NCBI GenBank assembly: GCA_034189385.1
Contig: JAXHVD010000003.1
Location: 128,001-192,000, forward strand
From: Thermodesulfobacteriota bacterium
GTDB taxonomy: Bacteria; Desulfobacterota; Desulfobacteria; Desulfobacterales; C00003060
Direction of reading: 5' to 3'
Length of the DNA stretch: 64,000 nucleotides
Shown here: piece after piece, positions 1 through 9,894 of the stretch
Numbering within the stretch: position 1 is the stretch's first letter
Layout of the letters: each line of letters starts with the position of its first letter
The notes under the pieces: generated by a model
The model's database searches: none
Told to the model about the DNA's origin: nothing
The model's input: the letters and a program-made list of their open reading frames with translations, nothing else
Program-made: the position numbers and the translations under genes

Positions 1-114
1 TTTTCAAAACTGGGCATCGTCTTGGGATCTCTTCTATCCGGGGCCTTGGGCCTGGCCGTGCTCTGCTTTGGTAGTTCCGCACAACGCCTGCGTATAAGCC
101 TTCAAACGCCATAG
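1..114 (+). CDS. nhaA: 3' end of probable Na+/H+ antiporter NhaA (partial)
   Basis: Frame 1 reads FSKLGIVLGSLLSGALGLAVL..., matching the last TM helix of NhaA (KLGIL.GS..S...G); stop TAG at 112-114. Confidence 0.65.
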   Translation, partial: FSKLGIVLGSLLSGALGLAVLCFGSSAQRLRISLQTP

Positions 115-378
115 GATCTGCCGAAGAGTGCCCCTGAGCCATCACCACTGAGGGCTTCTTGTCCTTTGATTTGTCAGCCCATCGTCGCGAATGTACCCTG
201 AAAAACACCAGGAGTGCAAAATAAGCCCCGCAAATGTAACACAAGATCCAGAAGGGGCAACAAAATACCTTGAATTTCCGCCCAAAGTGGTATATGGGGT
301 AGCCTTGCTGCAGTACGTGCGGCCCTCTAATGTTTAAGCCATTTATTTGGAAAATCATCGTTAAAGGAGGATGAAAGA

Positions 379-951
379 ATGGAAAAATTGGTCAAGGACA
401 TTATGAACCCCATTGAGGAGTACGATAAGATCGATATTGAAGCCCATCTGTGTGATGCTTTAGCTATATTGAAAAGGAATCACGAGAAGACGAAACAGGG
501 CGGCACTTATCACAAGACCATTTTTGTGACAGACGCATCCAAAAAGATCGTGGGCAAGCTTTCCATGTACGACCTCATTAGGGGACTCGTCCCTGAAGTA
601 GCAAAAACATCAGAGGCAATTGTCGCTCGGGCACTTTCTTCAAGGGTCCTGGAGGTCGCTGACCAGGTAGGAGAAATCCAAGAAAAATACAAGTGGCTAC
701 ACACTTCCTTTGAGGACTTGGTTAAAGAAGAAGCCCACAAGCGAGTGAAAGACCTCATGACCCCCGCAAAACCGGTATTAAGAGAAGACGATCCCATGAA
801 CCAGAGCATCTTTGTCCTGTTCAAGGACGGTGTACGCCAGCAGTTGGTGGAGCGTAGCGGCGAGATCGTCGGCGTCATCAACCTCATGGTGGTGCTCACG
901 GAGCTTCTTGAGACCGTTGGCCCGGAATGCCATGTGAATTGGGAAAGTTAA
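379..951 (+). CDS. CBS-domain protein
   Basis: VKDIM / VKDLMTP repeats, IVGKLS and IVGVI CBS motifs; RBS AAGGAGG upstream. Confidence 0.85.
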   Translation: MEKLVKDIMNPIEEYDKIDIEAHLCDALAILKRNHEKTKQGGTYHKTIFVTDASKKIVGKLSMYDLIRGLVPEVAKTSEAIVARALSSRVLEVADQVGEIQEKYKWLHTSFEDLVKEEAHKRVKDLMTPAKPVLREDDPMNQSIFVLFKDGVRQQLVERSGEIVGVINLMVVLTELLETVGPECHVNWES

Positions 952-1060
952 GCCTTCCTTGAGTGCCATGGCGGTTTCAAGGGCGGAATCCTGTGGAGGG
1001 AAGTTTTTGGCAAAGTTTTGACCCTTGGGTGCTGGCCCGCAGGGGAGAACTCGAAAAACC

Positions 1061-1097
1061 AGGGCTTGGGCCTGCTTGGCCCAAGCCCTTCTTGTTT
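1061..1097 (+). terminator. Perfect 12-bp hairpin, probable terminator
   Basis: AGGGCTTGGGCC-tgctt-GGCCCAAGCCCT followed by TCTTGTTT, downstream of the CBS gene and between convergent genes. Confidence 0.55.
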
Positions 1098-1452
1098 GGC
1101 GCCACAGATTCTTTGATCCTCTTGACTCAACGTTGATCCCCACAGCTAAAAAAGCGGAGCTACGGGCCGTGGTATCACCTGCCCACGGGTGGTAGAATTC
1201 TGCTCTCAGTGCGGTGGGCTGGTCCCGGTCCTCTTAGTGCTTCTGCTTCCAGCCTGATCATCTGCGCCCTCTCCTTTCCCTGCATCATCTTATGGTCCAA
1301 GTCACAGGGCGACACATAGGCTGAGCCGTCACCATCGGATCAGCCAGTGAGGGACCGCTGGTTTGATCCTCGAATGGGTGTCTAAGATAAGAACAGACGC
1401 ATGGCTCACCTGGTCCAGTCGCGAAGGCCGGAGAGCATGCCCCCAGAGAGGG

Positions 1453-2355
1453 TCAGGACTCAAGGAGCTCTAAAGTTCTGATGCTGTCATCAGCATGGGC
1501 AAGGTGACCAATGGGCCCGCCCGAAAGGTAGTCCAGGAAGGCCGTCAGCTCAAAAAAAAGTGGCTCACCCTTTCTCACAAAGCAGTTTCTCACAAGGTAT
1601 GAATGGTTGATGTCAATATACTTCGATGAAGAATACTCATTCATTGATTGATTGATCAGATCCGCTTCATAGTATCCCTCACTGGTGGACACCTCTATGA
1701 CCCTCTTCTTGAAAGGGGTCAACCAGTTCGTCGTAATATTGCCAACGACATCGTTTTCCAGCCTTACCGCAATGATGGCATTATCTTCATGGTGGTGCTG
1801 AATCTTCTGCGATTTAAATATCTTCGTCTCTGCTATTTCCCGCCCTGTAACAAACCTTATGAGATCAATGTCATGGACAGACAGGTCCGTTAGAACACCC
1901 ACATCAGAAATCCTGGGCGGAATGGGCCCAATGCGCGTAATATTGACACTATAGATTTCTTTGTCAACGATCTCATCCTTCAGGGCTATGACCACTGGAT
2001 TGTGCCTCTCAATGTGACCCACGACTAACTTGGTGCCATTTCTGTTGGCACAGTCCCGGAGTTCCCGCCCATCTTGGCTGTTTGAGGCTATCGGTTTTTC
2101 GATCAACAAGTCGACGCCTTTCTCCATGCACTTCAGGCCAATTTCTTTGTGCAAGAACGTAGGGGCAGCAAGTATCGCCGCGTCAATCGGTTCTTCTGAC
2201 AACATGGCATCGATGTCATGGTACAGCTTCACCGCCGGTATCTCATCAATGTTCGGGTCACAGACCGCCAGAACTTCCACGCGGTTCATGGTTCCCAGTA
2301 CCCTGAGATGGTTCTTCCCCATAACGCCAACACCGATAACTGCCATTTTGATCAT
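1453..2355 (-). CDS. Gfo/Idh/MocA-family oxidoreductase (WbpB/WlbA-like nucleotide-sugar dehydrogenase)
   Basis: GVGVMG Rossmann motif, EKP, GHIERHNP, DLSVHDID. Confidence 0.88.
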   Translation of the reverse strand: MIKMAVIGVGVMGKNHLRVLGTMNRVEVLAVCDPNIDEIPAVKLYHDIDAMLSEEPIDAAILAAPTFLHKEIGLKCMEKGVDLLIEKPIASNSQDGRELRDCANRNGTKLVVGHIERHNPVVIALKDEIVDKEIYSVNITRIGPIPPRISDVGVLTDLSVHDIDLIRFVTGREIAETKIFKSQKIQHHHEDNAIIAVRLENDVVGNITTNWLTPFKKRVIEVSTSEGYYEADLINQSMNEYSSSKYIDINHSYLVRNCFVRKGEPLFFELTAFLDYLSGGPIGHLAHADDSIRTLELLES

Positions 2356-2460
2356 ATGTGCCTATCCTCCTAAAGTGAACAGGGAGCCCTTAGGCCCTCC
2401 TTCCTTGCCTCCCTTTTCCCCGTGCCTTGCTCAATGGTTATGAGTATCCCATACCACCTC

Positions 2461-2895
2461 TCAGCTCCCTTTCGGGAAGCTTTCTTCTTCTAAGGTGTAA
2501 CCACACTCGGCGAGCTGCTTTTTAAGCATATCCTTGAGTCTGTTCCCCTTATATTCAAAAAACCTCTTTTCTACATCTGGATACTCTGCAAGGGCATCCT
2601 TGAAACTTCGAAACGGCTTTTTCCCCTCCAAGGCGCTAATCAAATGACCTCTTATCTCATCTGACTGCTCTAGTGCAGCAAAATCTTGCATGATGTCATA
2701 GCCCTGATCACTGGTGATCGGTTCAATGGGAAAGTACCTGTCGTCATCGTCCAGATCTTCATCGCTGATGGTATCATCAACGTCTGGCGATACCACTTCT
2801 CCTTTCAACAAATCAAGGTAGTGTTGGCTCGCAAAGCCGGAGCTATCTTCCATGAAATAGAGAATAGGATCTAAAAAGAGCTTGATCTTTTTCAT
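2461..2895 (-). CDS. UPF0158 family protein
   Basis: Acidic protein with Y.IM.DF and AL.GKKPFR.FKD.L motifs. Confidence 0.8.
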   Translation of the reverse strand: MKKIKLFLDPILYFMEDSSGFASQHYLDLLKGEVVSPDVDDTISDEDLDDDDRYFPIEPITSDQGYDIMQDFAALEQSDEIRGHLISALEGKKPFRSFKDALAEYPDVEKRFFEYKGNRLKDMLKKQLAECGYTLEEESFPKGS

Positions 2896-3330
2896 CTCTC
2901 ACTCTCCTTGCCTTCCCCTGTCGTCGTGGATGCACCGTCATGGCACCCCCGATGAAGTGCGTCAAGACAGGTCTCTCGCCGCGCTCATTGCTCCATTAGG
3001 CACGCCAAGGGAAGCTTCATCAGCGGGGATAGGTAACTGAAATAACAGGCGACAACCGTCCGTTGAAACGGCCCTCTCTGTCTGTTCTGATCAGGGCCCC
3101 ATTCTTGCGCCACAAGACAACTTCTTGACAATTGTACAATATGTCTCATCTGTCAACGGACAGATAATGGAGACCTCAGATGCTCCCCCCGCAAATCATG
3201 TTCCACCATGCCTGCCAGAAGCACAAACGGCTGTTTCTGGGCCGATTTGTCAGGGACGTCAAATGGATGGCCCGGACCCGAAGCCCACTCGGGGTCCAAT
3301 GGAAACCTGGCGTGAGCTAGTGCAAAAGGC

Positions 3331-3444
3331 TCAGAAGATCCCGACGATGGCCAGAATGACCTTAGCGATACCTGGAGAAAGTATCAACAAGACGATGGGC
3401 ACCATGATCTTTGGGTTGTTGACCCAGGGATATTGCTCTTCCAT
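3331..3444 (-). CDS. 37-aa small membrane protein (not in ORF track)
   Basis: Strong RBS GAGGAGG upstream of ATG; MEEQYPWVNNPKIMVPIVLLILSPGIAKVILAIVGIF*. Confidence 0.6.
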   Translation of the reverse strand: MEEQYPWVNNPKIMVPIVLLILSPGIAKVILAIVGIF

Positions 3445-3568
3445 GGCATTTACCTCCTCACATGTTGAAAAAGGTTACATAGGGAGAGGCCTTTCAGAAA
3501 TGCTGCGCACCAGAGCCTGATGAATGACTCTTTGACTTATGACAAATGCTGTGCCTGCCTTTTGGATC

Positions 3569-3871
3569 TCAAGGTCCTTTTGGGAAGCTGTACTGAAAGA
3601 CTGCATGTTCGGTCTTCCCGCCAAGCAGCGTGTCAATCCTGCCCTGCACTTCGTTTCTTTCTTGACTTGTTGCCCATCTGTTCCAGTCCTCAATCGATTC
3701 CCAGGTGCCGATCACCACATACTCATCAGGCTTATCGATTCTTTGCAGCGTTTCACCGGAGATATAGCCAGGCTGCACCGTAGCCCGAGTCCTGAGTTCT
3801 CTAAGCAATGGTTCCAAGTCTTGGGCTCTGCCTTCTGGGACGATGCGTCTGATGATCACCTTAACGGCCAT
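3569..3871 (-). CDS. Antibiotic biosynthesis monooxygenase (ABM) family protein
   Basis: QPGYISGETL and W.S.EDW..W pattern, about 100 aa. Confidence 0.85.
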   Translation of the reverse strand: MAVKVIIRRIVPEGRAQDLEPLLRELRTRATVQPGYISGETLQRIDKPDEYVVIGTWESIEDWNRWATSQERNEVQGRIDTLLGGKTEHAVFQYSFPKGP

Positions 3872-4109
3872 ATCGCTCTCTTTTCTGCTGAAATCGGTCG
3901 CCTTTGTGATGAGATCTCATTTTACTTGTAACCTAGCCATAGGAAAAGGAAAAAATAGAAAGGGGCTGCAACCATGAGGAGCCATCCGGAAAAGCCCTTC
4001 AGCTTCGTTTCATGTTCTTCCAAAGAGAAAACCCTCTATAGACAGCCAGAGGTGACTTTTAGGCATCTATTTCCCTGTGAAAGCGAAGACCATATAGTCT
4101 TCGGCACGT

Positions 4110-4844
4110 TTACGCCGGGGGCACCCACCTTCTCTTGGCAGCATCGTAGCACCAGCTGTTGGGAAGGGCTGTTCTGGAGTGAAACCTGGGGCTTTGTGCC
4201 CAGTTGAGAAGCTCTGCGTGGGCCTCGTTGATCTTAACGAACTTGTTGCTCCTGTCACCTGTGTCGGGGTGATGGAGCTTCGCCTTCTTTCTGTAGGCGG
4301 CTTTCAGGCATCTAAGGCCGTCTTCCGACAGGATTTGCTCCTTGGTGAGATCAAGCCGCTTTAGGGCATTCTTCTCCTTGTGGTTCAGGCACGGCGTTTT
4401 CTTGGCAATAGGAAGAATCGTGCTCGCCGGAATATCGGCTCGTGATGCCCTGTCCAGGAGATGCTGGGAGGCCCACCATCTGGAACCTGTCTCTTCTTCC
4501 ATCTCATACCACTGGCGGCCGGCCTGCTCGATCATGGCCAGCAGGTCATCTGCAACCTTCTTATTCTTATGGTTGCTTCTCTTCCATATGAATCTGGACA
4601 AGACATCTGATCCCATGGGAAGGATATCAAGGAGCAAGGTCTCTCTTGTGTAAGAAAAGGCGGCATAACGCGCCCGGAGAGCCTGCACCAAGCCGGTCGC
4701 GATATAAAGCGCAAAATCCAGCCGTTTCTTACACTTCTCGCTACAATACCTGCGCTTTCCTTTTGGAACAGGCCTTTCCCCGCAGGCAAGACACAAGGCC
4801 CTGCTCTTAGGTACACATTTGATGGCTCTGCTCTGATGCCTCAT
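4110..4844 (-). CDS. J-domain (DnaJ-type) protein with N-terminal Cys4 zinc-binding motif
   Basis: CLACG...YCSEKC at the N-terminus; LKAAYRKKAKLHHPD...F.KINEAH J domain near the C-terminus. Confidence 0.8.
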   Translation of the reverse strand: MRHQSRAIKCVPKSRALCLACGERPVPKGKRRYCSEKCKKRLDFALYIATGLVQALRARYAAFSYTRETLLLDILPMGSDVLSRFIWKRSNHKNKKVADDLLAMIEQAGRQWYEMEEETGSRWWASQHLLDRASRADIPASTILPIAKKTPCLNHKEKNALKRLDLTKEQILSEDGLRCLKAAYRKKAKLHHPDTGDRSNKFVKINEAHAELLNWAQSPRFHSRTALPNSWCYDAAKRRWVPPA

Positions 4845-5004
4845 GGCCTATGCACCCATTCTATCCATTTACGGGCCCCACAGAAAACTCTCCTCAATCC
4901 CCTGTTACAAAAGGGGCAAAGCGCTCTACTTCCTCCTTTGTCCCGCCAAAGGCGATCAACCTATAACAGGCCCATGCCTCTGCTGTCAAACCCCACAGGG
5001 ACCT

Positions 5005-5238
5005 TTAGAGGGAGTCCTTCACCGCAGCGTAATACCTTCGCTCGTAGTAGGATTCCGTCTTTCTGTCAAAGATCCCTTCATGCTTATGGATGTATTTGAA
5101 CCCTTCCCACTTGCCTCGGGCAAGGACCACCTCATCTCCAAGGCTGAATTTATGACCACAGGCCAAGCACCCCTCTGCATTAAGCCTGTTAAGCCTTTCG
5201 AGATCTATGAAGATCTTGTGCATCCTTTTCTCTTCCAC
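5005..5238 (-). CDS. Small hypothetical protein (CxxC)
   Basis: Directly downstream of the SBP gene; GCLACG motif; plausible composition. Confidence 0.6.
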   Translation of the reverse strand: MEEKRMHKIFIDLERLNRLNAEGCLACGHKFSLGDEVVLARGKWEGFKYIHKHEGIFDRKTESYYERRYYAAVKDSL

Positions 5239-5249
5239 AAAGTCACCTT

Positions 5250-6812
5250 TTACCCTTTCTCCCCTCCCTCATCCCAGAAGACCTTCCACATGGATCTAAA
5301 GTCCCCTGTGGGATAGGGCACAAATCCCTTGAGACCCTTTCTCATCAGTACAATGTTGTGGGGATGCCAAAGGCTCATATAGGCAAGGTCCTGGGCAAGC
5401 CTCTTCTGGATGCGGCCATACAGCTCCTTTCGCGTCCACCGATCGGCAGTCCGCCGGGCCGCCTCAATCCATTCGTCCACAGCTGGATCGCTATAATGCC
5501 CCCGGTTGGCACCTGTTGGAGGAAAACAATTAGAATGGAAAAGATAATAATACATGTCTGGATCATTGATCCCAACCCATTCCAGCGAATAGATTTGAAA
5601 ATTTCCTGTGCGGATGTCCGTATAGAAGGTAGCCCAGTCATAGGTACGGATATCGATCTCCACCCCTATCTTGTTTAGATATTCCTTGACGAGTTCTGCC
5701 TTCCGCCTGGCCAGGTCATCTTGCGAGGTCTTGTAAAGAAATGTCAAACCTCGGGCCCCCTTGTCGGTTTCTGTTACGGGAAACCCTGCCTGATCCAACA
5801 AGACCCTGGCCCTCTTTGGGTTGTAGGGATACTGGGCCACCTCTCCTTCATAGGCCCAGTGCTGTGGGGAGAGCATCCCGGTAGCCTGTATGGCATTTCC
5901 CCGCAGAAGGTAGGTGATCATGGCCTCAACGTCTATGGCCATGGCGATGGCTTGACGCACCTCCTTGTTCTTGAGGGCGGGGTCTCTTACGTTGAACCCC
6001 ATATAGGCATAATTCGTACCGGGCGTGATGAGGACTTCCACATCAGGCCCTTTGGACAGGGGAGCCACCATGTCAGGGGGAGTGGTATTCTGGGTGAACT
6101 GGATGGTTCCCCTCTTGAACTCAAGAAGCCTTGTCGTATCATCAGGGATAAACCTGAACACCAGAAGACTCAGCCCCGGTCTTCCCTCATGAAACCCCTC
6201 AAAGGGTTCAAAGGCAATCTCCTGGCCTGGAATCAAATGTTTGAATCGGAAGGGACCTGTGCCCACGGGATGACGGGCAAAGGCGTCGCCCATCTTTTCC
6301 GCCCCCTTGGGAACAATCCCGCCTGTCATGGAGGCCAAAAAAGGGGAAAAGGGTTCCTTGAGGGCGAATCGCACGGTATACTCATCTTCCGCCTCGATTT
6401 TATCAATGACCCGGTATGTTTCACGCCTGGGAGAGTTGTTCTCCGGGTCCATGATAGACTGATAGGTGTACGCCACATCTGCTGCTGTGAAGGGGGTGCC
6501 ATCATGAAAGGTCACCCCCTTTTTTAGATAAAAGACATAGGTGGTGCTGTCAGCTTTCTCCCACCTCTCTGCCAGGTCGGGCAGGAATTCGGCCTGTTCG
6601 TCAAAGCGAACCAGGCCGTTAAACATGACTTGGGCCGTGCGCAGGGACGTGGCATCAAGGCCATATCTGGGGTCCATGTTGTTTGGGGCAGACACCATGC
6701 CCACCACTAGGGCATCTTTGGGCCATTCTACATCCCGTGCGCAGTGGAAGTGAAACGCCCCTGCTAGCACCACAAAAACCCATACCAGGAAGTGCCGATG
6801 TGACTTCGTCAT
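5250..6812 (-). CDS. ABC transporter peptide/nickel-type substrate-binding lipoprotein (family 5)
   Basis: PDLAERWE, F.LKKGVTFHDG.PFTA.DV, PVGTGPF, VRQAIAMAID; start refined to ATG 6812. Confidence 0.92.
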   Translation of the reverse strand: MTKSHRHFLVWVFVVLAGAFHFHCARDVEWPKDALVVGMVSAPNNMDPRYGLDATSLRTAQVMFNGLVRFDEQAEFLPDLAERWEKADSTTYVFYLKKGVTFHDGTPFTAADVAYTYQSIMDPENNSPRRETYRVIDKIEAEDEYTVRFALKEPFSPFLASMTGGIVPKGAEKMGDAFARHPVGTGPFRFKHLIPGQEIAFEPFEGFHEGRPGLSLLVFRFIPDDTTRLLEFKRGTIQFTQNTTPPDMVAPLSKGPDVEVLITPGTNYAYMGFNVRDPALKNKEVRQAIAMAIDVEAMITYLLRGNAIQATGMLSPQHWAYEGEVAQYPYNPKRARVLLDQAGFPVTETDKGARGLTFLYKTSQDDLARRKAELVKEYLNKIGVEIDIRTYDWATFYTDIRTGNFQIYSLEWVGINDPDMYYYLFHSNCFPPTGANRGHYSDPAVDEWIEAARRTADRWTRKELYGRIQKRLAQDLAYMSLWHPHNIVLMRKGLKGFVPYPTGDFRSMWKVFWDEGGEKG

Positions 6813-7078
6813 CGCCTCATCCATTAACACGGGCCGGGCACGCTGGCAACTGCAACGAAGCTGTGGAGTACGCAGGCGGGCGATGGCTGAAGGTTGCAGG
6901 GCACAGGTGAGCCCCTTGTGCAGGGAGAAAGGATAGACCCTGGGCTGTGACGAGCTTGGAGGTGGTTCTCTCCCCATTTGTCCAGGCGCTGCCATTGGGG
7001 CGGCGCTGCAGGGTGTTCTGGTGAAGACGGGTAACGAGACAGTTCTGATTTCAGAAAAACGCTAAGATCAGGAGACCT

Positions 7079-7351
7079 CTAGCTGGCATGGGCAACAAAG
7101 CCAATAACGGCAAAAATAACCACGACTATTCCAAAGCCGACGTAGACGGAATTGAACATACTTGCCTTCTCAATGGAGTTGAAAAGATCTGCATTGAAGA
7201 CGTAGCCCCAATACAGAGCGAAAAGGTAGTTGATGCACAACGCCAGCCTAATCCTTCCGATAATGAGGATGATAGTGCTCAGTGATAAAAGCAGCATTAT
7301 CTGCATTAGCGGAACCGTCAACTCTGCCGTCTGTAAGAATTCCATGGGCAC
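7079..7351 (-). CDS. Small integral membrane protein (3 TM)
   Basis: Three hydrophobic segments; RBS AAGGAGG. Confidence 0.75.
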   Translation of the reverse strand: MPMEFLQTAELTVPLMQIMLLLSLSTIILIIGRIRLALCINYLFALYWGYVFNADLFNSIEKASMFNSVYVGFGIVVVIFAVIGFVAHAS

Positions 7352-7373
7352 CTCCTTTCGACATTACCTTTTT

Positions 7374-7388
7374 GCATAAACAATGCCA
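7374..7388 (-). promoter_or_regulatory. Sigma-54 (-24/-12) promoter
   Basis: TGGCAT-TGTTT-ATGC on the minus strand with exact GG-N10-GC spacing, just upstream of the 7079-7351 gene; AT-rich tract further upstream. Confidence 0.6.
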
Positions 7389-7926
7389 ATGCCTGCGAGG
7401 GGGCTGTTTTCTCTAAAAACGGTTCAAATACAGTATATTATATATGATTTGCCTGCGGCTGTTGACGTGCCTGTGGACACAAAATGAGTGAAAATCCCTA
7501 AGAAGAATAGCCCAACTCTATCAAATTGAAACCGCATCGCATCTGGCCTTGTCTTTTTTCACCCTGATCCTCTGGTTGCCCTACGAGACCGGTGGCCCTC
7601 CCTTGTTCTGAGACCTTTAACGCAGAACCCTTTCAAGCGTTCATCGTAGGCTTTTTGGGGTATCCATCCCGCTGAGGTGAGCGGCCCACAAGAGCGGGCA
7701 ACTCGTAAACTCTTTGGGGCTGTTGGGCAAGTCCTCTCAATTCAGGGACTAAAGTCGAAGAAGGGTAAAGAAGCTCATAGAAAGAAAAAGCGGTGCAAAG
7801 GGTTCTATGCAGATATGGCAGTCATCATAGATGAAGTCGGTCGCTGGGTTGCCTTCTAGGTGGCCCAATTTGAGGCACACATGTGGTGGGATGCTGGGAA
7901 GACAGCCAAAGGCCCTTTGGCTGTCT

Positions 7927-9789
7927 CTAGTCTACTCGAAAAATCTGTCCAGGATATATCTTTGACCTGGGAGTCAGGTCATTGAGGCTGAGAAATCGCT
8001 CCAGTTTCATCTGGTGTTCCATGGCTATCTGAAAGGGACTGTCACCGGTCTTGACCCGATAGGTCTTGGCCCCCTTCGGCGAGGCCGCTCCAGGGCTCCC
8101 CTTGGCAATGACCAGCTCTTGGCCAATGTGCAAGCGGGGGCTCTTAAGGTTGTTCAGGCGCATTATCTCTTTGATGTTCGTATGATAACGTCGCGCCAAT
8201 AACCACAGGGAGTCACCCCGCTTGACGCGGTATCGAATGTTCTTTGAAACGCCGTAACCGACGGTTCCGCCGGCCCTGGCATAGGCAAGGCCTCCGCCTC
8301 TCATCGGTATTCTCAACCGTTGTCCTACGGTGATGTAATCTTCTTTTCGCAGGTTGTTCGCCTTCATAAGGGCACCGACAGTGGTACGGTACCGAGAAGC
8401 CAGACTGGAGAGCGTGTCGCCCTGGCGCACCATGTGGTAGGCGTAGTATCTCCTGGGCGGCGTGTAGATAGGGATCTCCCCCAGCTTGGCCGCGAGAACC
8501 GTTTTTTGTCCCTTTGGAACCTTGAGCTCGTAAGTCCTAGGTGGGGTTACTTTATAGCGGAGCTCTGGGTTCAGGCGCTCAAGGGTTGTGTTAGGTATGT
8601 TTAAGGTATCGGCGATGTCCTTCAAACGCAACTGGACGGAAACAGGGACTAAATCATAGGCCATTGGGGCGTCTGAGGGTTTCAAATCAAAACCCAATGC
8701 CTTTGGATCATTGATGATATGCAGCGCTGCAAGATACCGGGGGACATAGCTAGCCGTTTCCCGGGGCAGCCTGTCATAAAGGTCCCAGAAGTTGTCAAGA
8801 TAGTTGATGTTCTGATTGCGGATCACCTTGAGGACCCTCGCCTCCCCACAGTTATAAGCCGCAAGGACCGTGCACCAGTCGCCAAATATCCTGTGAAGCT
8901 CTTGAAGATAGCTAACAGCGGCCTGAGTGGACTTTCGTACATCCATCCTCTCGTCTATCCACTGGTCCCGCTTGAGTCCGAACTTGTAGCCGGTAGACGG
9001 TATGAACTGCCATAGACCGAGTGCCCGAGCCCGGGACAGGGCCTTCACCTTAAACCCGCTTTCAATGAGAGGAAGCCAGGAAATCTCCGTTGGAAGTCCT
9101 GCCTCCTTCAGCGCCTCTACGATCTCGCTACGGTATCTTCCAGAGCGCCTAAAGGCGTCCTCAAAGAATCTCCTTTCCGGCCCCTTGAACCGCTTGATTT
9201 CTTTTTCGATATGCCGGTTCATGATCATGGGGATAGCATGGTGGTTGCCGTTGGCCACTGTGTGCTGAGACGTGTAGATCTCAAGCATCCGCTTGCAAAT
9301 CATGAACCGTATGTCTTCTTTCTGTTGCATCAACTTCGAGTCTTCGTTGGAGCGCACCTCCAGGATCAGGTGATAGGCCTCGTCCAGTGAGGCAATGGCG
9401 TTTTCAAAATTGCCCTGTCCCCAGTAGTCCTGTGACGCCCGACAAAACTCCAAGGCCTCGTCTAGGGTCTGCTGGGCCCCTTTGATCTGTCCTGTCTCCT
9501 GGGTATTCTGGGCACCGGGCGGCGCCGGCGCCTCCTCCCTGTTTAGATCTGCCCCATCCACCATGGGCTGCGCTTCTATGAGGTCGGGACACGGGGCAGG
9601 GCTGCTCACTTGCTCCACGTAGACTGCGGGCTGCACTGAAGCCGTGGATTGGAAATCTGCCCGTCGTAGCGGGGCCTTCTGCCAGGGTAAAGCACAGGCA
9701 GCCATGACACAGGCAACGGGCACAAGTATCATTTGCCTCAAATGGAACGTCATTCCCAGTCCCTTCATGTGGTCTGATGGTCCCTTCAC
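7927..9789 (-). CDS. mltD: Membrane-bound lytic murein transglycosylase D-like (SLT domain + 3 LysM)
   Basis: LPLIESGF, A.GLWQF, LAAYNCGE, ET..YVP; three LysM repeats; lipoprotein-like signal. Confidence 0.88.
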   Translation of the reverse strand: MKGPSDHMKGLGMTFHLRQMILVPVACVMAACALPWQKAPLRRADFQSTASVQPAVYVEQVSSPAPCPDLIEAQPMVDGADLNREEAPAPPGAQNTQETGQIKGAQQTLDEALEFCRASQDYWGQGNFENAIASLDEAYHLILEVRSNEDSKLMQQKEDIRFMICKRMLEIYTSQHTVANGNHHAIPMIMNRHIEKEIKRFKGPERRFFEDAFRRSGRYRSEIVEALKEAGLPTEISWLPLIESGFKVKALSRARALGLWQFIPSTGYKFGLKRDQWIDERMDVRKSTQAAVSYLQELHRIFGDWCTVLAAYNCGEARVLKVIRNQNINYLDNFWDLYDRLPRETASYVPRYLAALHIINDPKALGFDLKPSDAPMAYDLVPVSVQLRLKDIADTLNIPNTTLERLNPELRYKVTPPRTYELKVPKGQKTVLAAKLGEIPIYTPPRRYYAYHMVRQGDTLSSLASRYRTTVGALMKANNLRKEDYITVGQRLRIPMRGGGLAYARAGGTVGYGVSKNIRYRVKRGDSLWLLARRYHTNIKEIMRLNNLKSPRLHIGQELVIAKGSPGAASPKGAKTYRVKTGDSPFQIAMEHQMKLERFLSLNDLTPRSKIYPGQIFRVD

Positions 9790-9894
9790 GGAAAAACCCC
9801 TACAACGAGGTAAGGGTTCAAGTCATCTGAAAAATTTGTTAACAGTGGGCCCATTGGTTGTCAACCCTTTCTCCTTTCGGGCCAGGCCATCCTT

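Noticed and set aside
1140..1450. GC-rich intergenic stretch with small hairpins, considered as tRNA-Sec or SRP RNA
   Set aside because: No T-loop GTTCRA, no cloverleaf and no SRP GGAA-loop motif found by eye
5721..6527. 268-aa plus-strand ORF, and similar long antisense ORFs at 25322-26167, 26715-27722 and 21940-22680
   Set aside because: They lie opposite well-supported genes; typical shadow frames
7426..7445. AAATACA as a fifth copy of the island motif
   Set aside because: Lacks both the ACCCYAT box and the upstream AWTAC box
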